A stretch of DNA of 64,000 nucleotides, from the sequence record PZ534512.1; one strand, given 5' to 3'. The notes below the pieces were generated by a model. It was given only the letters and a program-made list of their open reading frames with translations. It searched no databases and had not been told where the DNA came from. How positions within the stretch are numbered: position 1 is the stretch's first letter; every line of letters starts with the position of its first letter. The DNA is from a phage. The position numbers and the translations under genes are program-made. Positions 27,151-39,360 of this stretch are shown one piece after another.

Positions 27151-30100
27151 CTATTTTAACCTGTGTTGGATTTTCAGGGTCTCTTGGATTTCCTATATTA
27201 TCTTTTAGACGTTTATTAACTAAATCCCTAAATTGTGCAAATGTTGTTCCAGATGCGTCAAATAGAGGACTCATTAATTTACGTCGTTCAGACGGTAATT
27301 GACCTTGAAATATTGAATTGTTATTTTCAGCATTATAGTCATCAGGAAGAGGATATTCTACGCCAGCCATTGGGCCAGGCTCATAAATTGCTTCGCCTGT
27401 TACTGAATCATGCTCAATTTCACCGGTTGGAGTTAATTTAGCTACTCTATCAGCATATTCAGTAGGCAATCCAGAATCCCATTTATAGTTTTTGTATTTA
27501 TTAATTATAGTCTCTGTGTGTTTAAGAGTTAAACCAACATTAATAAACATTGTTAAAAGGGTAATTGCTATAAATCCAAATCCTACTGGATGAACAAAAC
27601 GAATAACGTCAGATTTCCAGCGGGAAGAAGGCAAATTGGATTTAATTTTCATTACATAATATGACCGACTTCTATTAATATAGTCTATATTATTTTGAAG
27701 CAAATCCTTCCCTTTAACTCCACGAATAATTTCGCCTTCAAAACTAGGAAGTCTTTCTGCTTTAACTTCTTGACCGGCAATTAATCTTCCCAAAAGATTA
27801 TGAATAGTTACGGTCCATTGTAATTTACCGTTAGAATAGCTTCTTTCTATATAAGTAACATTACATCTTCCTGTAGCTGTATAAATCGTTTGTCCTACTA
27901 AATCTTCAGTCAAAGAATCGGATTGAACGATTATATCATATTCAGTACCAGCTCCAGATTCAATTTCAATTTCAACCTCTTCATTATAAAGAACTTTAAA
28001 AAGAAATTTGTATGATGCTTCAATTCCTTTAGTAGAATAAAAATCATAGCTACGTGATTCGAAAAATCTTGTAACAGCATCACGTTTGTCAGCATTTAAA
28101 TAAATGTTTCTTTTATATATCTCTGACCACAAATATTCCCATGCATGCTCTTCTCGTGGATATTTGTTACGAATTAAATTTCGTAAATTGTTATACTGAG
28201 TTCCATATCCATCAGAAAGATACTGAATATATGCTTCGCAAAATGCCTCAAAATTAGAATCCTGTAACAAATAAGAATCAGGCATCATTGTGCCAATCAA
28301 TGGTCTTAAATCAGGGTCAGCTAATCCGCGCTCTTCTTCAGGCGACCAAGGAGTTTCATGCTCTTGGTTTTGTAAAAATGCTTTTAAAAATACTTCAGTT
28401 GGCTTCCAAATAATTTCGACAGTGTCTCTAACACGATAGTTAAAATCATAGTAAGAAATTATTTCACCAGAGGCTTTATAGAAAAGCATCCCAGATGCAT
28501 ATTTTTTAAATCCAGTGAATTTAACATTTGGCATTACTATAGTACAATCGCCATCATCCCAGTATTCATGAACTAATCTATCTGGTGATGTTTCCGGAAT
28601 ATTTTCTATAACTTTAGTGTATTTTAAATCAGCATAAACTACTACAACCCTATCGGAGTTGTTTATCCAACAACGTGTGTTAGATTTTTTAGACCAGTTA
28701 AAGAACGGTTCTGCGTAGTATTTCATCGGCTGAGGCGTAAAAGTTTCCCAATCAGACTTTTCATCTGCTATAAATGCCATCATATGATAATGCTTATCAG
28801 CTAACCATTCATGAGGAAATTCATATTTAACAGCACCGATTAACTGATATTTTGCTGCAGTTTCAGGGTCATTAACAACATTATCACTTAAAAATTTAAA
28901 ATTACTCGATGATAGAGAAACTAATTTACCATCAGTTGACATATTCGCATACCCCGGTTGAATACGTCTTCTTTCTTCTTCAGTGTTGCCAAAAACTCTT
29001 TTCCACGTTTTTGTGTCGTGATTTAAAACATATATTCCTTTATCAGCAGAATCAATTATTTTTGATGTTCTAGGATTAGCATTTAATGTTTCAACTTCAC
29101 CGATAATAAGAGCAAAAACTTTATCACCAACAGAATCCATTTTATAGCATACTGCTTTAGGATTTCCGGTTATAGTCATTGTATCAGGTTCAAAAAGTCT
29201 TTCCGAACATGTCGGAGATAATGGATCAGAATCTATAGGTGCATTACTCGTTTTTATGTATCTAACTTTGTCTCTGGCGACAACGTAAATGTAATCATCG
29301 GTGCAAGTAATAGCTTCTGCAATACGGTATACATTAGCTGGTAAAGTTGCGTAAGTGGCAAAAATTTCTACATCAAATCCTAGATGTAATTGGTCACCGA
29401 GTTTAGCGAATGTTATATCCTGTGAACTAAATCTGACATCGTCAGCTGACCATCTAACATCAGTCGATTTGCGGCCATAGAAAATCTTGTCGTATCCTAG
29501 AACGTATGTTGTGTTCGCAGATTGGTAATATACTGTCTTAGATAAAGGATATCCTACACGGTCATTGAAGAGCTTTACAGCTTTCCAGGTTTGTCCTTTA
29601 TCATTGGATACTTTAACTACAGGTTGATAACGCTCAAAAAGGTATAGAATCCCTTCTGATTCCATCAAATAAACTCGGTTAATATCCTTACATACTTGCT
29701 GAATAGAACCTTGTATTTCATGATACTCATTTTCACCAATAATAAAATTACTTATTGATGAAACATCAACATATGACGGGCTGAATTGAAATGATTCATT
29801 CATCAATGCAGCCATTATAGTGTCATTGTTAAAATTAACATAATCAGAATTATTAAGAGTAAATTTTTCCTGAATGAATTTATTGGCTAATTGCATTTCA
29901 ATCATGTTTTGAAATGTATAAGCATTTGTAGCAAAAGTTTCAAACTCTTCGGTATAAATCCAATCAGACTGCTCAAAATCTTGCGCAGCTGTAGCTACTC
30001 TGATAATGTATGATGTCAATGGGTCAGCATCATCAAAAAAGAAGCTGTTATTTGCAGTATATCCTAAGTTAATCCATCTGTATTGATTACTCGGGAGATT

Positions 30101-30241
30101 TTCCCCCGAGTTCGTTTTTGTCTCAGCGATTTCTACAAAATAGTAGAAATTAGCACCAACGTCATCCCAGCGTACTTGCACCTGATTTGCGGATAACTTG
30201 GAAATTCTGAGACTAGTGACTGAAGGTGCTTTTACTGTCAT
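27143..30241 (-). CDS. 7: gp7 baseplate wedge initiator (1032 aa)
   Basis: 1032 aa as in T4 gp7. Confidence 0.9.
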   Translation of the reverse strand: MTVKAPSVTSLRISKLSANQVQVRWDDVGANFYYFVEIAETKTNSGENLPSNQYRWINLGYTANNSFFFDDADPLTSYIIRVATAAQDFEQSDWIYTEEFETFATNAYTFQNMIEMQLANKFIQEKFTLNNSDYVNFNNDTIMAALMNESFQFSPSYVDVSSISNFIIGENEYHEIQGSIQQVCKDINRVYLMESEGILYLFERYQPVVKVSNDKGQTWKAVKLFNDRVGYPLSKTVYYQSANTTYVLGYDKIFYGRKSTDVRWSADDVRFSSQDITFAKLGDQLHLGFDVEIFATYATLPANVYRIAEAITCTDDYIYVVARDKVRYIKTSNAPIDSDPLSPTCSERLFEPDTMTITGNPKAVCYKMDSVGDKVFALIIGEVETLNANPRTSKIIDSADKGIYVLNHDTKTWKRVFGNTEEERRRIQPGYANMSTDGKLVSLSSSNFKFLSDNVVNDPETAAKYQLIGAVKYEFPHEWLADKHYHMMAFIADEKSDWETFTPQPMKYYAEPFFNWSKKSNTRCWINNSDRVVVVYADLKYTKVIENIPETSPDRLVHEYWDDGDCTIVMPNVKFTGFKKYASGMLFYKASGEIISYYDFNYRVRDTVEIIWKPTEVFLKAFLQNQEHETPWSPEEERGLADPDLRPLIGTMMPDSYLLQDSNFEAFCEAYIQYLSDGYGTQYNNLRNLIRNKYPREEHAWEYLWSEIYKRNIYLNADKRDAVTRFFESRSYDFYSTKGIEASYKFLFKVLYNEEVEIEIESGAGTEYDIIVQSDSLTEDLVGQTIYTATGRCNVTYIERSYSNGKLQWTVTIHNLLGRLIAGQEVKAERLPSFEGEIIRGVKGKDLLQNNIDYINRSRSYYVMKIKSNLPSSRWKSDVIRFVHPVGFGFIAITLLTMFINVGLTLKHTETIINKYKNYKWDSGLPTEYADRVAKLTPTGEIEHDSVTGEAIYEPGPMAGVEYPLPDDYNAENNNSIFQGQLPSERRKLMSPLFDASGTTFAQFRDLVNKRLKDNIGNPRDPENPTQVKIDE

Positions 30242-32220
30242 TGTGATATAGGCTCCAAATCGATAGTTAAGTATTGTGGACGTAAGTCATTTTCAAATAC
30301 AATCAGTGAACCGTCGCGAGTAAAGATAACATCATCGGTTGGGTCAGAATATAATTCGATGGTCTGAACTTCAAATTTTTCAGATGTTAAATTAATTTTA
30401 GCGATATTCCAATAAATCACATCAGCTGGATAATTTATTTCACCGATAACATAGTATTTGTCGCGTCCATCAGAATTTGCTAATTTGTTAAAATCGTTGC
30501 CTGTATATGGCTGAATGTTTTCATTTTCTGTAACATCGCCAGAAGCAAATGGACCAATAATAACTTTACCAATTCCTTTAGAATCTCGGTCTGTTGATAC
30601 TATGCGAACGTCATATAATACATCTTCTTCTAAACCAGTATCAGGATTTACAACCTTTCGTCCGGAATTAAATGAAAACGTATTAGATTCCATAGAACGA
30701 TCTTTTATTTGATTATTGTATTTAATACCTGCTTCAGGCGTTTTATAGAAGTTTTGTACTTCACGAACAATTTGAATTGTCGCTGATGAGCCAATGATAG
30801 AATGATCTGCATCATCTACATATGTCAACATCTTAGATTTAGCGAAAGATGAGTTAAAAATTTCTACATCTTCGGTATAATAACGATCAATTTTATCAAT
30901 TATTTGACCTTCGAGCCACTGTTCGGATTCTTGCAGCTTATTTAAAGCATATGTGACTTTTAAATTAGTCTTAATAAAAAGATAATTAGGAGAAATAATT
31001 GATGGCGTAATAGGAGCTAAATTATAGTCTTTGAGATAATTTTTAATATCTTCGCGCTGTACAGTAGTTAAATATAGCCCTGATTTAGGTTTAGCAGCAA
31101 TAAATGCATAACCAGGTTTAGTAGAATCAGTGAACGTCTGAACTGCTTGAATAATAGAACCAAATCTCTCTGAAACGAATGTATCATAGTCAGTCGCAGT
31201 TACGCAGCGTTGCTGGGTTTCGCGTTTAATAGTACCCAATTCGCGAATACGTTCAATATCTTCTGGATCACCGCCGCCATCTGCCCCAACAAAATCTGGG
31301 TCATCGTTTGGATTTTCATTAATGTTGATGACAGTTATATTTGTTAATGTATCTGCATATGAAAATCCGACTGCGCCATTCGCATCTGCACCGTTAGTAC
31401 TGATGTACTCAATAACAATCGTAGAGTTCTGGGTAGGCTTAAGACCTCCAATATAATTAGCAGTCAATGCTCCTTCTGCCGCATTAACAGAAATCTCGCC
31501 TTCACCAAAATAAAACTCAGTATTTCCATCAATAGTTTCACGCATGTAGTAAATTGTTGATGTAGAACCAGCATGAACCATTGACTTTCTTGTCCAGTTA
31601 ATCCATTCTGCTCCATCAACGTATAGTTTAACTTGGTTTCTATCTATATTTTTGTCATAAATGATAATAGGTGTTAATTTATCATAAATGATTTCAGTTC
31701 TTACTATACGTCCCTGGGCTAATTTTAAACGCGGAAAATATTGGTTATTTTTATCGCGAATAGCAATAACATCTTCGGTAGATACAAAGTTGTAAGGATT
31801 AACGGAAGTATCTTTTGCATATGCTAAAAAGCGAGTACCACGAGGAATAGTAATGTAATTTCTATTCAATGCGTCTGTGCAAGTTAGCATAATTTCAGTT
31901 TGAGCAGCTGATTTTGAAGTAGGTAAATATCCGTTATCTTGTGCAGCTTGAACAACTGAACTTCGTAAGTTAGCAGTACGCATAAAGCTTTCATACACAG
32001 CAGCATTACCAAACTGCTGAATGTATAATGTATTATAAGCCAAAAGGTCACACAGAACGTTTAATCTTGAGCCTTCAAAATCATAATCCAAAAATTCATT
32101 TTGGCCATTAAGCCATTCAATGAGGTTTTGTTTTATTTCAGCAAACGTACCCCCGACGAATATCTCGGGAATAGCATTTGCTGTTCTTGTTAATTGATAA
32201 TTTACAGGGGTATTTGCCAT
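30238..32220 (-). CDS. 6: gp6 baseplate wedge protein (660 aa)
   Basis: 660 aa as in T4 gp6. Confidence 0.9.
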   Translation of the reverse strand: MANTPVNYQLTRTANAIPEIFVGGTFAEIKQNLIEWLNGQNEFLDYDFEGSRLNVLCDLLAYNTLYIQQFGNAAVYESFMRTANLRSSVVQAAQDNGYLPTSKSAAQTEIMLTCTDALNRNYITIPRGTRFLAYAKDTSVNPYNFVSTEDVIAIRDKNNQYFPRLKLAQGRIVRTEIIYDKLTPIIIYDKNIDRNQVKLYVDGAEWINWTRKSMVHAGSTSTIYYMRETIDGNTEFYFGEGEISVNAAEGALTANYIGGLKPTQNSTIVIEYISTNGADANGAVGFSYADTLTNITVININENPNDDPDFVGADGGGDPEDIERIRELGTIKRETQQRCVTATDYDTFVSERFGSIIQAVQTFTDSTKPGYAFIAAKPKSGLYLTTVQREDIKNYLKDYNLAPITPSIISPNYLFIKTNLKVTYALNKLQESEQWLEGQIIDKIDRYYTEDVEIFNSSFAKSKMLTYVDDADHSIIGSSATIQIVREVQNFYKTPEAGIKYNNQIKDRSMESNTFSFNSGRKVVNPDTGLEEDVLYDVRIVSTDRDSKGIGKVIIGPFASGDVTENENIQPYTGNDFNKLANSDGRDKYYVIGEINYPADVIYWNIAKINLTSEKFEVQTIELYSDPTDDVIFTRDGSLIVFENDLRPQYLTIDLEPISQ

Positions 32221-32228
32221 TTTAAATC

Positions 32229-32522
32229 CTATTTAATGAATACTTTAGATGATGCCTGAGCCACAGTATCACCGCATGATATTGGATCAGCCATTTGAAC
32301 AGCTTTCTTTCCTGTGACATATACCTTAGAAGTTCTAGGTTGTGTCACTCCGCCATGTGTTTCATATGGCTTTTTAATTTCTGTATGTTCTGTAATTGGA
32401 TCGCCTGCTACTAGAACAGCAATTCCTCCAGTGAATACTTTACTTTGTGTAGCATTCACAACTGTTGGAGGCCACGCTTCATGGCCAGCAGTAACACACT
32501 TATCATAACTTAATCCTGACAT
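32229..32522 (-). CDS. 5.4: gp5.4 PAAR-repeat spike tip protein (97 aa)
   Basis: 97 aa; Cys/His-containing small protein between genes 5 and 6. Confidence 0.8.
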
Positions 32523-33080
32523 TTATGGCCTCTCATACACATAGCTTCTCAGTTTATTAGCCCAACGACTCCAATTTCCAACTATAGTTTTAGTATAATT
32601 TTTAACGAGAGTTTTTCTTACTGGAGCAGGAGGATTCGTTGGTTCAGTAGTATCAGAAGATGACCTAGAATTACTGCCAGAACCTCCAGATTCACTTTGT
32701 TCTTGGTAGTCATATATTAATGTTACTTCGTAAGTGAATGTCTTCTGGAGATTTTGAGGAGCTTTCCACAAATACAACTGAGTATCAGAATCAGTAGGAA
32801 GTTCTTCCCATGAAGCAGCAGTTTTAAATTCATCGCCTAAACGATATTTCAACGCGTCATTTCCAAATCCAAACACAGATTCATATGTTCCGTATAAGCG
32901 ATTTTCTTCTACTAAAACCCCAGGAGTTTCTTCGTAACTAGTTATATTTATAGATACTAACGTTTCACCTGTTTCTAATTGAGCGGTAAAGGTGACGTCG
33001 ATAGAAGAACCTTCCATGGATTCTCCTAAATCAGCGCTCATTGGAAGTATATTAGCCAATGTCAATCCTCGATCCATCAA
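32523..33080 (-). CDS. hypothetical protein (T4 5.1 position)
   Basis: ORF directly downstream of gene 5 overlapping its 3' end; synteny only. Confidence 0.55.
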
Positions 33081-34779
33081 TTGTGTATTGACCAGATGAA
33101 ATAGAACTCATAGATGCCATTTTTTCTGTCCAATCACCACCAACGTCCCAATCAACTGTCCCAGCAACTTTCCAAGAAAGATTTCCATTTACTGTATTAG
33201 TTTGATTACCTTCAACTAAAGTGGTAGCATCTCCTTTAACTGTAATGTCAGCATTACCTTCAACTACAATAGTAACATTACCTTTAACTAGGATAGTTCC
33301 ATTACCTTCAACCGTCTTAGTTTCATCGCCACGTACAAATATTGTATTGCTTCCATCTATTTGGTGAAGACGATTATCCATGTTGTAATAAATTTCTGAA
33401 CCACCGACGTTAGTCTTTTTATCACCGGCTACCAAAAAATTACCATCAGCGTTGGTTATATCATACAAATTATCAACAGTTTTTCTTGTTCTTCTTCCTG
33501 ACGGTGATACTTCTTCATAAGTTCCAGTTGGATGAACTAATCTGTATCGTTCTTGCCCAGGGGTATCATCAAATTCCTGAATATGTCCACTTTCAGTTTC
33601 CATTGTATGCACATAAGGATATTCACCTTTATATGAAGAAACTGGTTCTTTGAATAAAATTCTCGAGTCATTTGGAATAGGAGGATCAGCAGGGTCAGAA
33701 GATTTAGCTACAGTAGCAGCCATTGCTGATAGAGACCTAGCTGGGGTTTTCACTTCAACACCATATGATTCCAAATTCCCTGTAAGAATAATCATGGTAA
33801 CACGGGATGCACGGCCTTTTGTTTGTTGATACCACAATGAATCACGACCAGCTTTATATGCCTTTTCCCAATCTCCGGCTAACATAGCAGTTAACATTGT
33901 GTTAAATTTAGCTACACCGCCAACGCCCATCTGAAATGCCATATTTTCTAATGCCATTTGACGAGAACGGTTTACAGCTTGCCAGACTGGTCCTACTTTA
34001 GAATGTGATTTAATGTCACGTTGCATATCAGCCAAATCACGCTCAAATAAAGTCGTCGCTTCTTCCATTGTAATAGAACCTGGGTTTCCAGTAATTTCAC
34101 GACCAACTTGTTTCGATAAAACTTTATTAATTTGAGCCATATCACGAACTGGCTGCTTCATGATAAGATGACCAATACCAATTGTCGGATATCCTTCGGT
34201 ATCCCAATAAACTTTTAGTCTTAATCCTTCATCGCGGCGAAGCATTTCAGCCATTGACATATTTGGATTATCATCAGTTGGAATCTCTGATAGTGGTCTA
34301 TCATCAGGATTTATCGCAGTGTCTAGATTGCTATCTTGGATAATATTAGAAGACGAATCATATCCTACTTCTCCGCCTTGGTTTAATACGTTAGTATCAT
34401 TTCCTAGACGTCTAGGATACTGTCCAGTCGGGTCAGAAAATCCTTCAAGTCTATTAGGCTTTTCGCGAACTATTCCACCATACGTGCCAAGGACAATTCC
34501 GTTAGTTTTCCATTTGTCTAAAAAATGACCATAAACTCTAGTTCCTTCTACCGGACCAGTAACGGAGCCTCCAATTCCAGACATTGCTGCAGAAGTTATA
34601 GGTTGAATAACTGACATCCATGGTAATTTATCAGTTGGAATACCCATTACATCGCCTTGCGCTCTTTGAGGTGGATGCAGACCAACCACACGAACACGAA
34701 CACGACCTAATTTTAATGGGTCCATTCTATCTTCAACAACACCAACAAACCAATTAAGGTTATTACTTATCATTTCCAT
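33052..34779 (-). CDS. 5: gp5 baseplate hub / cell-puncturing protein with lysozyme domain (575 aa)
   Basis: 575 aa as in T4 gp5; central lysozyme-like segment (DTEGYPTIGIGHLI) and C-terminal VxGxxxxxxxG beta-helix repeats. Confidence 0.95.
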   Translation of the reverse strand: MEMISNNLNWFVGVVEDRMDPLKLGRVRVRVVGLHPPQRAQGDVMGIPTDKLPWMSVIQPITSAAMSGIGGSVTGPVEGTRVYGHFLDKWKTNGIVLGTYGGIVREKPNRLEGFSDPTGQYPRRLGNDTNVLNQGGEVGYDSSSNIIQDSNLDTAINPDDRPLSEIPTDDNPNMSMAEMLRRDEGLRLKVYWDTEGYPTIGIGHLIMKQPVRDMAQINKVLSKQVGREITGNPGSITMEEATTLFERDLADMQRDIKSHSKVGPVWQAVNRSRQMALENMAFQMGVGGVAKFNTMLTAMLAGDWEKAYKAGRDSLWYQQTKGRASRVTMIILTGNLESYGVEVKTPARSLSAMAATVAKSSDPADPPIPNDSRILFKEPVSSYKGEYPYVHTMETESGHIQEFDDTPGQERYRLVHPTGTYEEVSPSGRRTRKTVDNLYDITNADGNFLVAGDKKTNVGGSEIYYNMDNRLHQIDGSNTIFVRGDETKTVEGNGTILVKGNVTIVVEGNADITVKGDATTLVEGNQTNTVNGNLSWKVAGTVDWDVGGDWTEKMASMSSISSGQYTIDGSRIDIG

Positions 34780-35353
34780 AAGATTTCTCCATTATACGTA
34801 TAAGGTCGTTCATAAATGAATTGATGTCTGATTTTGCTATTATTTTTATTTGACGAAGTTTTTCATTTTCAAGAACAGCAGCTTCATACGTATCGACCGC
34901 AGCAAGTGCTCCTTCATATTGAGGATATTTTCTAGCTTTATCGCCTTTGTCATACCAAACATATGGATTATCATCGTATGATATTAAATTATAAAATTTT
35001 TCACCGTTTTCATTCACATGATATACTATTTGGTCTCCACCTACGTTTTTGTATTTTTGTATAGATGCTTGATAAGCAGCTTCTTGCGAAGTAATCCATC
35101 CATAATACGGATCATAATTATCATTACACATCAATAAAACCCAATACAACTGCGGATTTCCATATATAGCATTTGCTAATTCTTCCGGGCGTGGTGAACC
35201 TTTAATATAATAAGTGCGTAAACGGTATCCTGCAAGAGCACGTTTGAAATAGTCTTTATAGTTTCTAAAAATATCTGTCATAGGAATAGTCGGCGCGTTT
35301 TTATTCACCGTTTTGGCCGCATATTCAATCGGATCAAAAAATGTAAAGAGCAT
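34763..35353 (-). CDS. 53: gp53 baseplate wedge protein (196 aa)
   Basis: 196 aa; diverges from gene 4 across back-to-back late promoters. Confidence 0.85.
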   Translation of the reverse strand: MLFTFFDPIEYAAKTVNKNAPTIPMTDIFRNYKDYFKRALAGYRLRTYYIKGSPRPEELANAIYGNPQLYWVLLMCNDNYDPYYGWITSQEAAYQASIQKYKNVGGDQIVYHVNENGEKFYNLISYDDNPYVWYDKGDKARKYPQYEGALAAVDTYEAAVLENEKLRQIKIIAKSDINSFMNDLIRIMEKSYGNDK

Positions 35354-35364
35354 GGGCCCTCCTG

Positions 35365-35372
35365 TTTATAAA
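35365..35372 (+). promoter_or_regulatory. late promoter (TATAAATA) for gene 4
   Basis: TATAAATA about 29 nt upstream of the gene 4 ATG. Confidence 0.65.
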
Positions 35373-35379
35373 TATATTA

Positions 35380-35387
35380 TCTATTTA
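35380..35387 (-). promoter_or_regulatory. late promoter (TATAAATA on minus strand) for gene 53
   Basis: Plus-strand TATTTATA, about 27 nt upstream of the gene 53 start; back-to-back with the gene 4 promoter. Confidence 0.65.
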
Positions 35388-35400
35388 TAAGGAGAATCCA

Positions 35401-35853
35401 ATGGCATATTCTGGAAAATGGGTTCCTAAAAATATATCAAAGTATAGAGGTGACCCTAAAAAAATTACGTATAGATCAAATTGGGAAAAATTCTTTTTTG
35501 AATGGTTAGATAAAAATCCAGAAATTATTGCATGGGGTAGTGAAACAGCAGTAATTCCTTATTTTTGTAATGCAGAAGGGAAAAAACGTAGATACTTCAT
35601 GGATATTTGGATGAAAGATTCTTCTGGGCAAGAATTTTTTATTGAAATAAAACCTAAAAAAGAAACACAACCACCAGTTAAACCGGCACATCTAACAACT
35701 GCAGCGAAGAAAAGATTTATGAATGAAATTTATACATATTCCGTTAATACTGACAAATGGAAAGCAGCGCAAGCTTTAGCTGAAAAGCGTGGAATAAAAT
35801 TTAGAATTCTAACAGAAGATGGATTAAGAGCTCTTGGCTTTAAGGGGGCATAA
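35401..35853 (+). CDS. 4: gp4 head completion protein (150 aa)
   Basis: 150 aa; recalled T4 gp4-like sequence; synteny. Confidence 0.9.
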   Translation: MAYSGKWVPKNISKYRGDPKKITYRSNWEKFFFEWLDKNPEIIAWGSETAVIPYFCNAEGKKRRYFMDIWMKDSSGQEFFIEIKPKKETQPPVKPAHLTTAAKKRFMNEIYTYSVNTDKWKAAQALAEKRGIKFRILTEDGLRALGFKGA

Positions 35854-36677
35854 TGGCTATTTTTCAAATAATTAATGAAAGCACTCCCCAAGTTCCAAAG
35901 GTTAAGCAATCATTAAACGAAAAGAAATGGATTCAGATAGGTCTTGAATACAGAAAGGCCAAAGCAAAAGGAATGACAGGAAAGCAATTTGCTGAAGAAA
36001 GAGGAATCAAATACTCTACGTTTACTTCGGCAATGTCAAAATATGCTTCAGGAATTAAAACAGCTGAAAAGATTCAAAAGCTTGAATCAAAACCAATGAA
36101 TAAACTCAATAAGCAAGAAAGACAACTGCTTATGATAAATTCATTCAGGCAAACATTGCGTGATAAAATTCGTAATGAAGGTGCAGCAATTAATAATAAA
36201 ACCAGAAAGTGGTTTGCTGAAACTATTAAGCAAGTAAAAGGACATAAAGTTGTTCGCCCGCAGCCGGGACGAATATATGCTTTTGCTTATGATGCTAAAC
36301 ACAAGGAAACTCTTCCTTATTGGGATAAATTTCCTTTGATAATTTACCTTGGTTTAGGTAAACATAATTTAATGTACGGATTGAACTTGCACTATATTCC
36401 ACCTAAAGCTCGTCAGCAATTTCTAGAAGAGCTTTTAAAGCAATATTCAAATACACCTACTATTACTAATAAAACGAAATTAAAAATTGATTGGAGTCAA
36501 GTGAAAGGATTTAGGGGTGCAGACCAAATGATTAAGGCATATATACCTGGTAATATTATGGGTAGCCTCGTTGAAATCGCCCCGAAAGACTGGGCGAACG
36601 TTGTGTTAATGCCACTTCAGCAGTTCGTTTCAAAAGGAAAACGTTTCTCTGCAAACAAAGTCTGGTCAAATATCTAA
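35853..36677 (+). CDS. 2: gp2 DNA end protector protein (274 aa)
   Basis: 274 aa; synteny 4-2-3-1. Confidence 0.9.
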   Translation: MAIFQIINESTPQVPKVKQSLNEKKWIQIGLEYRKAKAKGMTGKQFAEERGIKYSTFTSAMSKYASGIKTAEKIQKLESKPMNKLNKQERQLLMINSFRQTLRDKIRNEGAAINNKTRKWFAETIKQVKGHKVVRPQPGRIYAFAYDAKHKETLPYWDKFPLIIYLGLGKHNLMYGLNLHYIPPKARQQFLEELLKQYSNTPTITNKTKLKIDWSQVKGFRGADQMIKAYIPGNIMGSLVEIAPKDWANVVLMPLQQFVSKGKRFSANKVWSNI

Positions 36678-36783
36678 TTCTATTATCTTCCATTCTTTTC
36701 TATTGTTTGTTCTAATTGGAATTGAATGGAAGGGACTTAGACTCATTATACCACCAACATTTATAAAGCATTATGAGGAATAT

Positions 36784-37314
36784 ATGTCGCAAGCACTGCA
36801 ACAAATTTTTAACCAAGCAAATACAACTAACTTTGTAGTATCAATACCACATAGTAATACTACATCTGCTTTTACTTTAAATGCTCAGTCAGTTCCTATT
36901 CCGGGAATTAGAATACCTGTTACTGATACCGTGACTGGGCCGTTTGGACTAGGCAGAGCACAACGTCCAGGAGTTACATTTGAGTACGATCCACTCATCG
37001 TGAGATTTATAGTTGATGAAGAGCTTAAGTCGTGGATAGGAATGTATGAATGGATGCTAGGAACTAGTAACTATCTTACAGGCGAAAATACTGCCCAAAA
37101 AACAGGTCCTGAATACATTACGCTTTACATTTTAGATAATAGTAAAACTGAAATTGTGATGTCAATAAATTTTTATAAGCCTTGGGTTTCTGACCTCTCT
37201 GAAGTAGAATTTAGCTACACGGAAGATTCAGACCCAGCCTTAGTATGCACAGCAACGATTCCTTATACGTATTTTCAAGTAGAAAAAGATGGCAAAATTA
37301 TAGCAGAAGTTTAA
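36784..37314 (+). CDS. 3: gp3 tail tube terminator (176 aa from ATG at 36784)
   Basis: Internal ATG gives T4-like 176 aa (MSQALQQIFNQ...); ORF track extends upstream to 36703. Confidence 0.8.
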   Translation: MSQALQQIFNQANTTNFVVSIPHSNTTSAFTLNAQSVPIPGIRIPVTDTVTGPFGLGRAQRPGVTFEYDPLIVRFIVDEELKSWIGMYEWMLGTSNYLTGENTAQKTGPEYITLYILDNSKTEIVMSINFYKPWVSDLSEVEFSYTEDSDPALVCTATIPYTYFQVEKDGKIIAEV

Positions 37315-37363
37315 TGCTTCAGTTTCATGTGTTATAATCTTAACTAAATTTGAGGAGAAACAT

Positions 37364-38076
37364 ATGAAACTAATCTTTTTAAGTGGTGTAAAGCGTAGTG
37401 GAAAAGATACTACTGCAGATTTTATCATGGAAAATTATTCTGCGGTTAAATATCAACTTGCTGGTCCTATTAAGGATGCATTGGCTTATGCATGGGGTGT
37501 ATTTGCAGCAAACACTGACTATCCTTGCTTAACTCGTAGAGAGTTTGAAGGAATTGACTATGATCGTGAGACTAATTTAAATCTGACTAAATTAGAAGTA
37601 ATTACGATTATGGAACAAGCATTTTGCTATCTTAATAGTAAAAGCCCAATTAAAGGTGTGTTTGTTTTTGATGACGCAGTTAATTTCGTAGCATTTAACA
37701 AGATTGCTGACGTTATAAATAATATTGAAGATCAATGGTCAGTCCGTCGTCTGATGCAAGCCCTAGGTACGGATTTGATTGTTAATAACTTCGACCGCAT
37801 GTATTGGGTAAAATTATTTGCTTTAGATTATCTTGATAAATTTAACTCAGGTTATGATTATTATATCGTTCCTGATACTCGTCAAGATCATGAAATGGAT
37901 GCGGCTAGGGCGATGGGTGCTACAGTAATTCATGTAGTTCGTCCTGGTCAAAAATCCAATGATACTCATATTACAGAAGCTGGATTGCCAATTCGTGATG
38001 GCGATTTAGTAATTACAAACGATGGTTCTCTTGAAGAACTTTTTTCTAAAATTAAAAATACACTAAAGGTACTATA

Positions 38077-38077
<1 letters not shown>
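37364..38077 (+). CDS. 1: gp1 deoxynucleoside monophosphate kinase (237 aa)
   Basis: P-loop GVKRSGKDT near N-terminus; size and synteny. Confidence 0.9.
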
Positions 38078-38774
<697 letters not shown>

Positions 38775-38786
38775 TTTCACAAAGTT

Positions 38787-38816
38787 GTTTACATACTGAT
38801 GAGGTAGTGATACTAT
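38787..38816 (+). promoter_or_regulatory. T4-type early promoter (copy 1 of 33-bp repeat)
   Basis: GTTTAC (38787-38792), TACTAT (38811-38816); immediately after the 57B stop. Confidence 0.7.
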
Positions 38817-38846
38817 TATCTCATCAAAATTAATTAGGAAAATAAA

Positions 38847-39104
38847 ATGAAAACTTTCAAAGAGTTTGCTACAAAAACTGCTATCACTGAATCTTCTCAC
38901 GGTATGGAAGTAAAGCTTGGAATGGCTTTAGCTGAAGCTGAGCGTCTTTTCTCTCGTATTAAAGAACTTGCTGCTGCGGTCGATCCTTCGTCTTTTAAAG
39001 GAGACCAAACTAAAGTTAAAGCACTTTTAGCGTTATGCTCCGATGCAGGAGAAATTGCTAAAAATGGTTCTAAGATGAAGAAACGATTAGAAGATTTAAA
39101 ATAA
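38847..39104 (+). CDS. internal-protein-like small protein with capsid targeting sequence (IPI locus)
   Basis: N-terminus MKTFKEFATKTAITE resembles the T4 CTS (MKTYQEFIAE); sits at the ipI position after 57B behind its own early promoter. Confidence 0.6.
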   Translation: MKTFKEFATKTAITESSHGMEVKLGMALAEAERLFSRIKELAAAVDPSSFKGDQTKVKALLALCSDAGEIAKNGSKMKKRLEDLK

Positions 39105-39114
39105 TTTCACAAAG

Positions 39115-39144
39115 TTGTTTACATAGGGTTTTAGTTGTGATACT
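39115..39144 (+). promoter_or_regulatory. T4-type early promoter (copy 2 of 33-bp repeat)
   Basis: GTTTAC (39115-39120), TACTAT (39139-39144); immediately after the IPI-like stop. Confidence 0.7.
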
Positions 39145-39174
39145 ATTACCCTATCTACTACTGAGGAGAATAAA

Positions 39175-39360
39175 ATGAAACGTTGTGAATTAATTCGAAA
39201 TGTTGCTATTGCAATTTCTGCTTCTGCTTTTAGTTTTTCAATGTTTGTTGGATTTATATGCGGATTATTGACTACAGCAGAAAACGTTTTTTCACTTGTA
39301 GTAGCATTTTTAATTGGTTTAATCGCTATCGTTATGGATAAAATTTCTAAAGGTGAATAG
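39175..39360 (+). CDS. small hydrophobic protein (61 aa, two predicted TM helices)
   Basis: ORF after early promoter 39115-39144; strongly hydrophobic. Confidence 0.45.
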   Translation: MKRCELIRNVAIAISASAFSFSMFVGFICGLLTTAENVFSLVVAFLIGLIAIVMDKISKGE